Of a stretch of 64,000 bases of DNA, positions 54,412 to 62,932 are shown piece by piece. Positions within the stretch are counted from its first letter, which is position 1. Each line of letters starts with the position of its first letter. Position numbers and translations under genes: made by a program. The stretch comes from an uncultured bacterium (GTDB lineage: Bacteria; Chlamydiota; Chlamydiia; Chlamydiales; CAZBXE01), in assembly GCA_964496125.1 (NCBI GenBank), contig CAZBXE010000004.1, positions 3,707 to 67,706 on the forward strand. The letters run 5' to 3'. A model generated the notes under the pieces. It was not told where the DNA came from. It did not search any database and saw nothing but the letters and a program-made list of their open reading frames with translations.

Positions 54412-54509
54412 TCTTATAGTAAATATTTCAATCCAAGACCGAAATCTTAAGCAGTGGAAAAAATTCCTAGAAGCTAAGATGCCGTAGTCAAAAAAAAGAG
54501 GGACAAGGC

Positions 54510-55337
54510 TTGGCTAAACAAGAAAGTAAAATTACAATAAAAGATTTATTGGAAGCTGGAGCTCATTTCGGGCACCAGAAACAAAGATGGAACCCCAAGA
54601 TGAAGCGATTCATCTTCGAAGAAAGGGGTGGGATCTACATCATTGACCTAGCAAAGACACTCCAACAGATTCGTGAAGCGATTGAGGTTGTGAAGGAAGT
54701 TGTTGGGAAGCACAAATCGATTCTATTCGTCGGAACCAAAAAACAAGCTAAGTCTGTTATCCGAGAGTGCGCTGAGGCGTGTGATGAGTTTTTCGTGTGT
54801 GAGCGCTGGCTTGGCGGTACGATGACAAACCTTACTACAATCCGTCTGTCGATTAAGAATATGGAGCGGATTGAGAAGAAGATAGCAGCAGGTGGTGAAG
54901 GGCTGAAGAAAAAAGAGCTCTCCCTTCTCGCAAAGCAGCAAGAGAAGCTTGAGAAGAACCTTTCAGGTCTTCGAGGCATGAGAAGATTGCCTGGTCTGCT
55001 AGTTGTTGTAGACCCCATGAAAGAAAAGCTTGCTGTTGCGGAAGCTAAGAAACTTGGTATTCCTGTTATGGCTCTTGTTGATACAAACTGCGATCCGGAT
55101 CCTATCGACTACGTTATTGCCTGCAACGACGATGCTCTGAAAAGCATCAAGCTAGTCGTCCAAGCTCTCTCCGACGCAGCGATCGAAGTAAAGAACGAAC
55201 TGAAACTGAAATCTGGCAAAGAGTCAGATGACGAAGAGTCAGAAGAGGACAAGGAATCTTCTGAAGAGACAGAAACTGTCGCTGCAGTACGTGTAGAGAG
55301 AAAAGCAAGAGGCAGTAGAAAGGAAGGGGGCGCGTAA
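54510..55337 (+). CDS. rpsB: 30S ribosomal protein S2
   Basis: 275 aa with LLEAGAHFGHQKQRWNPKM. TTG start with AGAGGGA upstream. Acidic C-terminal tail. Confidence 0.95.
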   Translation: MAKQESKITIKDLLEAGAHFGHQKQRWNPKMKRFIFEERGGIYIIDLAKTLQQIREAIEVVKEVVGKHKSILFVGTKKQAKSVIRECAEACDEFFVCERWLGGTMTNLTTIRLSIKNMERIEKKIAAGGEGLKKKELSLLAKQQEKLEKNLSGLRGMRRLPGLLVVVDPMKEKLAVAEAKKLGIPVMALVDTNCDPDPIDYVIACNDDALKSIKLVVQALSDAAIEVKNELKLKSGKESDDEESEEDKESSEETETVAAVRVERKARGSRKEGGA

Positions 55338-56192
55338 ATGAGTCAACAAATGATTACATCAGCGAGAATTAAAGAACTTCGTGATCTTACTGGCGTTGGC
55401 ATGGCCAAGTGCAAAGAGGCTTTGGAAGAAGCACATGGTGACATGGAGAAAGCAGTTGCAGTTCTGAGAAAGGCAGGGGAAGCGTCAGCTGTGAAGAAAC
55501 AAGGGCGCTCGACAAAGGAAGGAAAGATTGGTTTTGCAGAAAATCAAGAGGGTGTAGCCCTTGTTGAAGTGAATGCTGAGACTGATTTTGTGGTCCAAAA
55601 CGAGAAATTCCAGCTCTTTTTGAAAACTATTGCCGAGCAAATCTTGCAATCGAAGCCTAAGACATTGGAAGATCTGGCTGCACAAAATTATCTCGGCGAC
55701 AAGGGGATGACAGTTGAGCAGTTTCGCTCGAACTTAATCCAAACTATCGGCGAAAATATTGTGATCAAAAGATTCCAGATCCTCTCAAAAGGGCAAGATA
55801 AATCTCTTGGGATCTATTCCCACATGAATGGGAAGATTCTTGCGATTGTGGAACTTCAAGGAAACAATTCTGAAGATGAGATGGCACGTGCAATTGCAAT
55901 GCAAGTTGCCGCACATACTCCGGAGTATTTGTCTCCAGAAAAGGTTCCCCAGTCTGTCATTGAATCGGAAAAGGACATTGCAAGAAGCCAGATCAAAGGA
56001 AAGCCTGAGAACATGATTGAAAAGATTGTGGAAGGTAAAGTGAAGGCATACTTTGTGCAAGCTTGCCTATCAGAGCAAAAGTACATTCGCGATGAGAGCA
56101 AAACTATAGCTGAGCTCGTCTCTGAGAGAGCAAAAGCTACGGGTAAACCTCTTAAACTTTCCAGCTTCACCAGATGGTTTGTTGGAGAGTAG
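55338..56192 (+). CDS. tsf: Elongation factor Ts
   Basis: 284 aa. UBA-like N-terminus IKELRDLTGVGMAKCKEALEEAHGDMEKAVAVLRK. Confidence 0.95.
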   Translation: MSQQMITSARIKELRDLTGVGMAKCKEALEEAHGDMEKAVAVLRKAGEASAVKKQGRSTKEGKIGFAENQEGVALVEVNAETDFVVQNEKFQLFLKTIAEQILQSKPKTLEDLAAQNYLGDKGMTVEQFRSNLIQTIGENIVIKRFQILSKGQDKSLGIYSHMNGKILAIVELQGNNSEDEMARAIAMQVAAHTPEYLSPEKVPQSVIESEKDIARSQIKGKPENMIEKIVEGKVKAYFVQACLSEQKYIRDESKTIAELVSERAKATGKPLKLSSFTRWFVGE

Positions 56193-56198
56193 ACTTCT

Positions 56199-56924
56199 AT
56201 GGGGAATTCTTTCCCGTTTAAAAAAGTGCTGCTGAAAATATCGGGGGAGATCCTTATGGGATCTGCCCCGTATGGTATCCAGCAAGATCCTTCTCTTGAA
56301 ATTGCAATGGCTATCAAAGAGCTTCATTTTCAAGGGATTCATGTAAGTCTTGTGATCGGAGGAGGAAATATCTTCCGAGGCATTCAGGCAAAAAATTTAG
56401 GAATTTCTAGAACGTCTGCAGATCACATTGGGATGCTTGCTACCCTCATGAATGGGATCGCTTTGCAACAGGCTCTAGAAACCGTGGGGTGCAGGGCACG
56501 CGTTTTGAGCGCTCTTGACTGCCCTAAGGTAGTTGAGTCGTATACAGCTCTAAAAGCTCGTGAATATCTACAGAATGGCTTTATCTTGATCTTTGTGGGT
56601 GGTACCGGTAACCCCTATTTCACAACTGATACCGCGGCAGCTCTTCGTTCTGCTGAAATTGGGGCGGACGCTCTCCTAAAGGCTACTAAAGTAGATGGAG
56701 TCTACGATAAGGACCCCTTAAAATCGGAAGGGGCAAAAAAATATTCTCGTCTAAGCTACAGCGAATACTTAAGCGCAAATTTGAAAGTTATGGACCAGAC
56801 AGCTGTAGCGATGTGCATGGAACAAAAAATTCCCATATTGGTATTCAACATGAACTTATTGAAGAAAAATTCTGTGTTAAAAATTCTTGAAAATCAGCAT
56901 AATGGAACCTTGATAGAGGTTTAG
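56199..56924 (+). CDS. pyrH: UMP kinase
   Basis: 241 aa with KKVLLKISGE, VIGGGNIFRG and GTGNPYFTTDTAAALR. Confidence 0.95.
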   Translation: MGNSFPFKKVLLKISGEILMGSAPYGIQQDPSLEIAMAIKELHFQGIHVSLVIGGGNIFRGIQAKNLGISRTSADHIGMLATLMNGIALQQALETVGCRARVLSALDCPKVVESYTALKAREYLQNGFILIFVGGTGNPYFTTDTAAALRSAEIGADALLKATKVDGVYDKDPLKSEGAKKYSRLSYSEYLSANLKVMDQTAVAMCMEQKIPILVFNMNLLKKNSVLKILENQHNGTLIEV

Positions 56925-56945
56925 CTATTAAGCCAGGGAGTAGTT

Positions 56946-57503
56946 ATGGCGCACGAAGTAGTAAAGCAAGTGGAAGATAAGATGAAGCAGGCCCTTGCAC
57001 ACTTTAGAGAGGAGATGAAAAACATCCGCACCAGCCGGGCAAACCCCGGGATGGTAGAGAACGTCATGGTTGAGGCGTATGGCGCCCCGATGCGAATCAA
57101 GGATGTTGCTACCATCACTTCTCCTGAACCAAGACAGCTAGTCATCACTCCTTTTGATCCACATAACTGTGGTGCGATTGGGAAAGCTATAGAAAAGGCA
57201 AATATCGGCATGCGCCCCATTGTTGAGGGAAATCTTGTTCGTCTTCAGGTTCCTCCTATGGATGAGTCGGTCCGTAAGGAGATGGTGAAAATTCTGCACA
57301 GAAAATTAGAAGAATGCAAGATTAGCGTTCGTAATATTCGTAGAGACAGTAACGAAAATATCAAAAAGAGAAAGAGCTCTGGCGATATTTCTGAAGATGA
57401 AATGAACGGTTTAGAAAAGCAAGTGCAAGATTTGACAGACAAATTTTGTAAAGAGGCAGAAAGCCTCTCGCTTGTGAAGGAAAAAGAGGTTGTGACTATA
57501 TAA
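56946..57503 (+). CDS. frr: Ribosome recycling factor
   Basis: 185 aa with RTSRANPGMVENVMVEAYG and VRNIRRD. Confidence 0.95.
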   Translation: MAHEVVKQVEDKMKQALAHFREEMKNIRTSRANPGMVENVMVEAYGAPMRIKDVATITSPEPRQLVITPFDPHNCGAIGKAIEKANIGMRPIVEGNLVRLQVPPMDESVRKEMVKILHRKLEECKISVRNIRRDSNENIKKRKSSGDISEDEMNGLEKQVQDLTDKFCKEAESLSLVKEKEVVTI

Positions 57504-57505
57504 TA

Positions 57506-57534
57506 GTTGCAAAAAAAGGGGCGATTAATTAGTA
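57506..57534 (+). promoter_or_regulatory. Candidate promoter of the tRNA-Glu/tRNA-Lys pair: TTGCAA-N17-TAGTAT
   Basis: Read directly: -35 at 57506-57511 and -10 at 57529-57534, 26 nt upstream of tRNA-Glu. Confidence 0.45.
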
Positions 57535-57560
57535 TTCTAGCGCATTGCCTACCTGTATTT

Positions 57561-57635
<75 letters not shown>

Positions 57636-57640
57636 ACATT

Positions 57641-57712
57641 GAGTCGTTAGCTCAGTGGTAGAGCATCTCACTTTTAATGAGAGGGTCGCTGGTTCGAATC
57701 CAGCACGACTCA
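57641..57712 (+). tRNA. tRNA-Lys (anticodon TTT)
   Basis: Hand-folded. Acceptor GAGTCGT/ACGACTC, anticodon arm TCTCA-CTTTTAA-TGAGA, T-arm GCTGGTTCGAATCCAGC. Confidence 0.9.
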
Positions 57713-57725
57713 ATTTTAGTTCTTA

Positions 57726-57757
57726 AGGGCTCCATACCAATGGGGCCCTTTTTTTTG
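57726..57757 (+). terminator. Rho-independent terminator after the tRNA pair
   Basis: 9-bp stem AGGGCTCCA / TGGGGCCCT (one G:U pair), a 6-nt loop, followed by a run of 8 T. Confidence 0.7.
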
Positions 57758-57812
57758 CATCATGTTCAGTATACGTTTACAATTATCTGGCCACCTACCT
57801 ATAGTCCAGATT

Positions 57813-58382
57813 ATGGAAGAGAATACCCCGAACTGCAGTTTGCCCTTCGAAGCAGAGGCTAAGCCTGAGCGTCCACTAGAGTGTTCTGAGTGCAGAAAGC
57901 CTGTGGCTGTAAAGTATACGGAAGTTGTCAGTGGTAAGGTAACCCATATGATCATGTGTGCCGATTGCCCGGTTTTGCATTGGAAATTACAAGGGCCTTC
58001 TCCTTTGAAGAAAACAAAGGATTTAGAAACAGCAGGAGCTGGGCTTTGCTGTGGCACCTGCGGTACGAAGATGGAAGCGATTCAAAGAGGGTCTTTAGTC
58101 GGTTGCGAGGCATGCTACGATCTTTTCGATGAAGTGATACTTTCTGAACTCAGAGACACAAAAAAAGCTCCTCCCCGTTTATTTGCCAAGACCAAGAAGT
58201 CAGAGACTCTCCACGTAGGCAGATCTCCTGGTGAAAGTATAGAAGTGAGCCCAACCCTTAGACTTGTTGCGCTCAATGAGGCGCTTAGCGAGACGCTTAA
58301 GCAAGAAGACTACGAACAAGCTGCCTGGATCCGGGACCAGATCAAATCGATTACGGAAAAGGAAAATGACGGAAAAAAATAA
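57813..58382 (+). CDS. mcsA: McsA-like protein (zinc-finger repeats plus UVR domain), activator of protein arginine kinase
   Basis: Two CxxC...CxxC pairs (CSECRK...CADCP; CGTCGT...CEACY) and a UVR motif (EDYEQAAWIRDQIKSI). The start is trimmed to MEENTPN. Confidence 0.7.
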   Translation: MEENTPNCSLPFEAEAKPERPLECSECRKPVAVKYTEVVSGKVTHMIMCADCPVLHWKLQGPSPLKKTKDLETAGAGLCCGTCGTKMEAIQRGSLVGCEACYDLFDEVILSELRDTKKAPPRLFAKTKKSETLHVGRSPGESIEVSPTLRLVALNEALSETLKQEDYEQAAWIRDQIKSITEKENDGKK

Positions 58383-59433
58383 CCAGCATAAGATTTTAAC
58401 AGAGCGCAGTCCTTGGACCAATAATCCCAATCCCATCTGGCTTGCTTCAAAACTTCGTCTTTATAGAAATATTGAAAATTTTGAGTTTCCAGGTTGCCTT
58501 ACGGATGAACGAAGAAAGCAGATTATCTCCTTGATCGGTAGTGAGTTAAAGAGGGTCAAAGTCCTTAAGAACCCGCAGCTTGTGAAAGCAGAAACGGTTG
58601 ATCCGATTGAAAAAGAGTTTTTGTTTGAACACTACCTGACCATACAAAACTTACAGCAGGCACATGCAGGAGAGGCGTTCATTGTAGATGAGACAGGACA
58701 GTTCCTTGGCATATTGAATGTAAAGGATCATGTTCAGTTACAACTTCTTGATATTAAAGGGGAAATGGAAAAAACATTGACCCGTCTTATTGAAATTGAA
58801 AAGGAGATGGGGAAAAATATCCATTATGCTTTCTCCTCAAGGTGGGGATTTCTCACCTCTGATCCTTCTCATAGTGGGACAGGATTGCTAGCGAGCGTTT
58901 TCTTGCATACACCTGCTTTGATCCATACAGGTCTTCTTCAAGAAGCACTCGATAGGCTTCAGGAGGATGGAGTTTACGTTACGGGACTACAGGGGGATCC
59001 TAAAGAGATGATTGGGGATCTGCTTGTAGTACAGAACAATTATTCTCTCGGTGTTACAGAGGATGCGATCATCTCCTCTCTTAGAACCTATGCGACCAAG
59101 TTGCAGGGGCAAGAGAGAAGCGCTCGCAGCAGTATCGTAGAGAGCGGTAATACAAAGATAAAAGACAAGGTGAGCCGTGCCTTTGCGATTTTGCAACACT
59201 CCTATCAGATGGATGCGATTGAGGCTTTAGAATCGATTAGCTTGATGAAGCTAGGTCTTGACTTGGGGTGGGTAACAGGAATCACGATGACAAAATTAAA
59301 CGAGTTGTTTTTTGATTGCAGAAGGGCTCACCTTCTCTCGTTGCAAACAAAAAAAGTGGACCAAGAAGAGCTGCCTCACGTGCGTGCCGAATTCATTCAC
59401 GAATTCCTATCCCAGGCCTCTCTCCGTATTTAA
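58366..59433 (+). CDS. mcsB: Protein arginine kinase McsB (ATP:guanidino phosphotransferase family)
   Basis: About 355 aa from MTEKNNQ. Guanidino-kinase core motifs are present (RLYRNIENFEFP, FLTSDPSHSGTGLLASV). Overlaps mcsA by 17 nt. Confidence 0.85.
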   Translation: MTEKNNQHKILTERSPWTNNPNPIWLASKLRLYRNIENFEFPGCLTDERRKQIISLIGSELKRVKVLKNPQLVKAETVDPIEKEFLFEHYLTIQNLQQAHAGEAFIVDETGQFLGILNVKDHVQLQLLDIKGEMEKTLTRLIEIEKEMGKNIHYAFSSRWGFLTSDPSHSGTGLLASVFLHTPALIHTGLLQEALDRLQEDGVYVTGLQGDPKEMIGDLLVVQNNYSLGVTEDAIISSLRTYATKLQGQERSARSSIVESGNTKIKDKVSRAFAILQHSYQMDAIEALESISLMKLGLDLGWVTGITMTKLNELFFDCRRAHLLSLQTKKVDQEELPHVRAEFIHEFLSQASLRI

Positions 59434-59436
59434 ACC

Positions 59437-60273
59437 CTACGTGAGGGTGAAGGAATGGAGAAGTTCTCGTATCTGGTGGATCCAGTAGAAGTTTTGCCGG
59501 ACGAGTTCCTCGCAGAAAAGCTTCCAGCCAAACGTAACTACCCCAAGGCCAAGAAGAGACTTAAGTGGCATTCCGAGGAAGGTAATTTGTACCTGGGGCG
59601 CGAGCCTGTTTACGATCCCTAAGAACACATCTGTCATTAAGATGGCCAGCAGGCCCGGGGTTGCTAGTTGCGTGGAGAGGACCATTACCTTGGTAAACAG
59701 ATCCCTTTGGATCTTCCAAAAGTCTGCCTTTTCGGCAAAAAAACGTGCGCTAAAGAATCGATCGACTGGTACCACCTCGTAAGAGGTGGCAAGCGCATCA
59801 AGAAATAAAAAGGGCCCGTCCATCATGAAAAAAAGGTAGATCAAAATCAAGTTGAACAAAGTACCAAGGGGAGAGGACTGGTTTTGGATGGTAGGGTCGT
59901 TTACCATCAAGCTTGCGCCCCCTCTCTGGTGATCGATGATGATCCCTGCATTAGACGCAATATTGAAGGGCATGGAGATCATAAAACCAAGAGCAAATCC
60001 AATAAAGAGCTCTTTTATGAACAAAAAGATCAACATCGTATTAAAGCCTATGGGCTGTGTGATTCCTATGGCCATTTGCGGAAGGAAAATAATGCCGAGG
60101 CAGATCCCGAGGGTAACCTTGACAGGGTGAGGAAGAGTTCTAGAGCCAAAGAAGGGAGCAAGGCCTATGATGGGCAAAAGTCTAGCTAAGGCAAGGATAA
60201 GTAGGCTGAGGAGGATGCTAGGATCATCTACGGCAAAGCTTAGCTTTAGGAAAAGATTTAAATAGCTTTCCAC
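59437..60273 (-). CDS. sctT: Type III secretion export apparatus protein SctT (YscT/CdsT)
   Basis: 278 aa polytopic FliR/YscT-like protein. GTG start with AGGAG 7 nt upstream. It is the last gene of the sct operon. Confidence 0.85.
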   Translation of the reverse strand: MESYLNLFLKLSFAVDDPSILLSLLILALARLLPIIGLAPFFGSRTLPHPVKVTLGICLGIIFLPQMAIGITQPIGFNTMLIFLFIKELFIGFALGFMISMPFNIASNAGIIIDHQRGGASLMVNDPTIQNQSSPLGTLFNLILIYLFFMMDGPFLFLDALATSYEVVPVDRFFSARFFAEKADFWKIQRDLFTKVMVLSTQLATPGLLAILMTDVFLGIVNRLAPQVQITFLGMPLKSLLGLGVVTFGWKLFCEELVRQNFYWIHQIRELLHSFTLT

Positions 60274-60294
60274 TGAGATCTCCTCGCTATAAAC

Positions 60295-60570
60295 TTAGCT
60301 GGCAATCCCCCACCTCGGGAAATTCACAAAGATATTGGTAGCAAACGACATAATTTGTGTACCCAGCCAAGGGCCCATCGCCATCAGAGTGAGCACTACG
60401 GCCACCAGTTTGATTGTAAAGGAGAGGGTTTGCTCTTGGATTTGGGTAGCTGCTTGAAAGATAGCCACAAGAATACCAAAAAACATACTGATTAAAATAG
60501 GCGGTGCGGAAAGAATCAAGATCAAGAGCAGAGCTTGGTAGGCTAATTGGACAACTTGTGTTAAAACCAT
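60295..60570 (-). CDS. sctS: Type III secretion export apparatus protein SctS (YscS/CdsS)
   Basis: About 91 aa from MVLTQVVQLAYQAL, with a FliQ/YscS-like hairpin of two TM helices. The track start (60612) is trimmed because an AGGAG RBS precedes 60570. Confidence 0.85.
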   Translation of the reverse strand: MVLTQVVQLAYQALLLILILSAPPILISMFFGILVAIFQAATQIQEQTLSFTIKLVAVVLTLMAMGPWLGTQIMSFATNIFVNFPRWGIAS

Positions 60571-60583
60571 CGTATTTTTTCTC

Positions 60584-61426
60584 CTATCTAAACGTTGTGA
60601 CCAGACCTTCAATCAGGATAGTCCATCCATCGAGCATGACAAGCAAAAAGAGCTTGAGAGGCATTGAAATGGTTACGGGCGAAAGCATCATCATCCCCAT
60701 GGCAAGGAGAATGTTCGAGGTGACAAGATCAATGACAAAGAAGGGAATATAGATCAGAACGCCAATTTCAAAAGCATCTTTTAGCTGTGAGGTAATATAG
60801 GCTGGTATGACAATGATAAAATCATCTAGCGAGATCGATTCTTTTTGGTTATCGGGTAAAATGCGATAGGCAATTCGGAAAAAAAGCTTTCTGTGCTTGA
60901 GCAAGCTGTTTCGTTCCAGAAAGTCTTTGAGTGGTTGTTGCGTATCTTTTGCAATTTGTAGAAAGTAGTTTGCAGACTCCTTGGACATCATCTCCTTAGG
61001 GGCCTCCATTTTGATCATGCTTGCTTGAGCCTTCTCATACATAAGTACAGAGGTGGGATACATCACAAAAAGGCTAAGCATAAGAGCTACCCCGTTGATG
61101 ATTTGGTTAGGAGGCGCTTGCTGTACCCCAAGTGCAGTTCGTAAGAGGGATAGCACGATGACGATCTTGAGAAAGGAGGTTAAAATCATCACGATAAACG
61201 GCAAAAGTGCCAAAAGAGAAAGGGCAACCGCTTGGGTGATCAGGGTAGGTCTTCCCCCTTCGGAAAACGCTTCTGTCTCTAAGTTGATAGGTGCGGGTTT
61301 GGTAGGCTCTTTTGTCTCTACGATATTTGTGAATTTTTTGGGAGCTGGTGTAGCTGCCGCAGGGTAGAGAGAGAAAGGCAGGAGAAAGGCAAGAAGGAAA
61401 GTAAGAACAGATGGCGTCCACTTCAT
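60584..61426 (-). CDS. sctR: Type III secretion export apparatus protein SctR (YscR/CdsR)
   Basis: 280 aa. FliP/YscR motifs are present (PFFVIDLVTSNILLAMGMMMLSP), plus an N-terminal signal/TM extension. Confidence 0.9.
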   Translation of the reverse strand: MKWTPSVLTFLLAFLLPFSLYPAAATPAPKKFTNIVETKEPTKPAPINLETEAFSEGGRPTLITQAVALSLLALLPFIVMILTSFLKIVIVLSLLRTALGVQQAPPNQIINGVALMLSLFVMYPTSVLMYEKAQASMIKMEAPKEMMSKESANYFLQIAKDTQQPLKDFLERNSLLKHRKLFFRIAYRILPDNQKESISLDDFIIVIPAYITSQLKDAFEIGVLIYIPFFVIDLVTSNILLAMGMMMLSPVTISMPLKLFLLVMLDGWTILIEGLVTTFR

Positions 61427-62064
61427 GAGGATTTCTCCTTCTGCATAAATTTATAGAACGCTTGCTCAAGGACATCCCAGAGGTGTTCAATCCGGGCATT
61501 GATGATCCCTACTTCTGTTTCGATGACACAGCTTGCTTTCGTAACATCCTCCCTCGGACGAATTGATAGGAATTCTAGGTTTTCAAAGAGTTGCTTTAGT
61601 TTTTCCTTGTGCTTTTCGAGTATGTCAAGATCCGCTTTGTTCACATATACAGTAACTTTTTTATGTTGTGCAACTGATTTTAAGCTGTTCGCAACGATAT
61701 CAACAACAATCTCTTCGCTCAGTGAGATTTCCTTCCCTACAATCTTTTTAGCCGCTTGGAGAGCGACTGGGATGATCATTTTTTGTGTTTCTTTACGCAT
61801 TTTGGCAAGCTCTTCTTCCATGTAGGCAAGTTGCTCTGCCCACTGTTTTAGGCCTTCTTCAAAACCAGCTGCTTTAGCAACTTCTTTTTCCCCTTCGCCT
61901 TCAATAGCCACTTGCTTTTTGAACTCTACAGCATCTTCCTCTGCTTGAAGCAGCACTTCTTCTGCGGCTATTATTTTAGAAAATTCTTCAGCAGGGATAA
62001 TTTTTACCTTTGGCCCCACATGGATAGTTCTTCCGTCTACAAGAGTAAATACTTTCCGTGTCAC
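61423..62064 (-). CDS. sctL: Type III secretion stator protein SctL (YscL/CdsL, FliH-like)
   Basis: 213 aa with a Glu/Lys-rich coiled-coil N-half and a YscL/FliH-like C-half (VYVNKADLDILEKH...). Start-stop overlaps on both sides. Confidence 0.8.
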   Translation of the reverse strand: MTRKVFTLVDGRTIHVGPKVKIIPAEEFSKIIAAEEVLLQAEEDAVEFKKQVAIEGEGEKEVAKAAGFEEGLKQWAEQLAYMEEELAKMRKETQKMIIPVALQAAKKIVGKEISLSEEIVVDIVANSLKSVAQHKKVTVYVNKADLDILEKHKEKLKQLFENLEFLSIRPREDVTKASCVIETEVGIINARIEHLWDVLEQAFYKFMQKEKSS

Positions 62065-62921
62065 GGTTTTATTTTCCCCAAAAAGTCGAGTGTTTCTAAA
62101 ACTTGTCTACTTGCCTCTTTTGCAGTTAGGGAGGGCCATTTTTTCTTGAAGAGACGCATTAAGATTTCCCCTCGTCCCTTGTCGAGAATGTAACTGATGT
62201 ACCAGACAAAATCTGGATTTCCTTCCGAAAGAGCTGCTGCGAGTCTATTGATACCTCTTTTATGCAACAATTTTTTCAGTCTAAGCGAATCCCCCTGCCA
62301 GTCTGCCCAGCTTAGCTTGGGCGCACTGAGTTTTTCAATCATTTGCAATTTATGAGCGATAAATTTTTTCTCTTGTTCTGTCAGAGTAGAATAAATAGTC
62401 TCTAATTTTTTCTTGTCTACTGTCTTCCTTAGTTCTTGGACGAGGTCAAAGAGACCAAGAAAGTTCATGAGCTGCACAAGTTCTGCTTTCTTTAACTTGA
62501 GCAAGATCCCAAGCTTTTCTGCCCTAAGTTGTGAGAGGGGAGTCTTAAGAGTCGTGTCCATCTGCCGAGCAATCATGTTGTAAAAGTACTTTTTGAGTGG
62601 CTCTGCAAGCTTGATCTGAGGAAGAGGGCGACCGAGTAGCTTACAGAGTCCTTTTGCCTTCATTGGGGGTAGAGAGGCGATGACAAACTCGTGCCACTCG
62701 GCGGGTACATGGCTAAGTAAAGGGCGTATCCAGGAGTAGTGAAGTTCTGCTGCAATCTTTTTGCCTGATTTTAAGAAGTCTTCAATACTCTGAAGCTTGA
62801 CCTCTGTTGCTACATAGAGGTTTTGCTCTTTTTCAGGTAGGGGTGCAAAGAAGGCGGGATCCACCCCATTTTTGGTTTGGTTTATAAGCACCTTAAGAAA
62901 TCTGCAACCTGCATCATGCAT
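62061..62921 (-). CDS. T3SS operon protein occupying the SctK (YscK) position, chlamydial CT560-like
   Basis: 286-aa ORF between sctJ and sctL. The assignment is positional only, since I see no recognisable motif. GTGA overlap with sctL. Confidence 0.45.
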   Translation of the reverse strand: MHDAGCRFLKVLINQTKNGVDPAFFAPLPEKEQNLYVATEVKLQSIEDFLKSGKKIAAELHYSWIRPLLSHVPAEWHEFVIASLPPMKAKGLCKLLGRPLPQIKLAEPLKKYFYNMIARQMDTTLKTPLSQLRAEKLGILLKLKKAELVQLMNFLGLFDLVQELRKTVDKKKLETIYSTLTEQEKKFIAHKLQMIEKLSAPKLSWADWQGDSLRLKKLLHKRGINRLAAALSEGNPDFVWYISYILDKGRGEILMRLFKKKWPSLTAKEASRQVLETLDFLGKIKP

Positions 62922-62932
62922 GAATATCTCGG

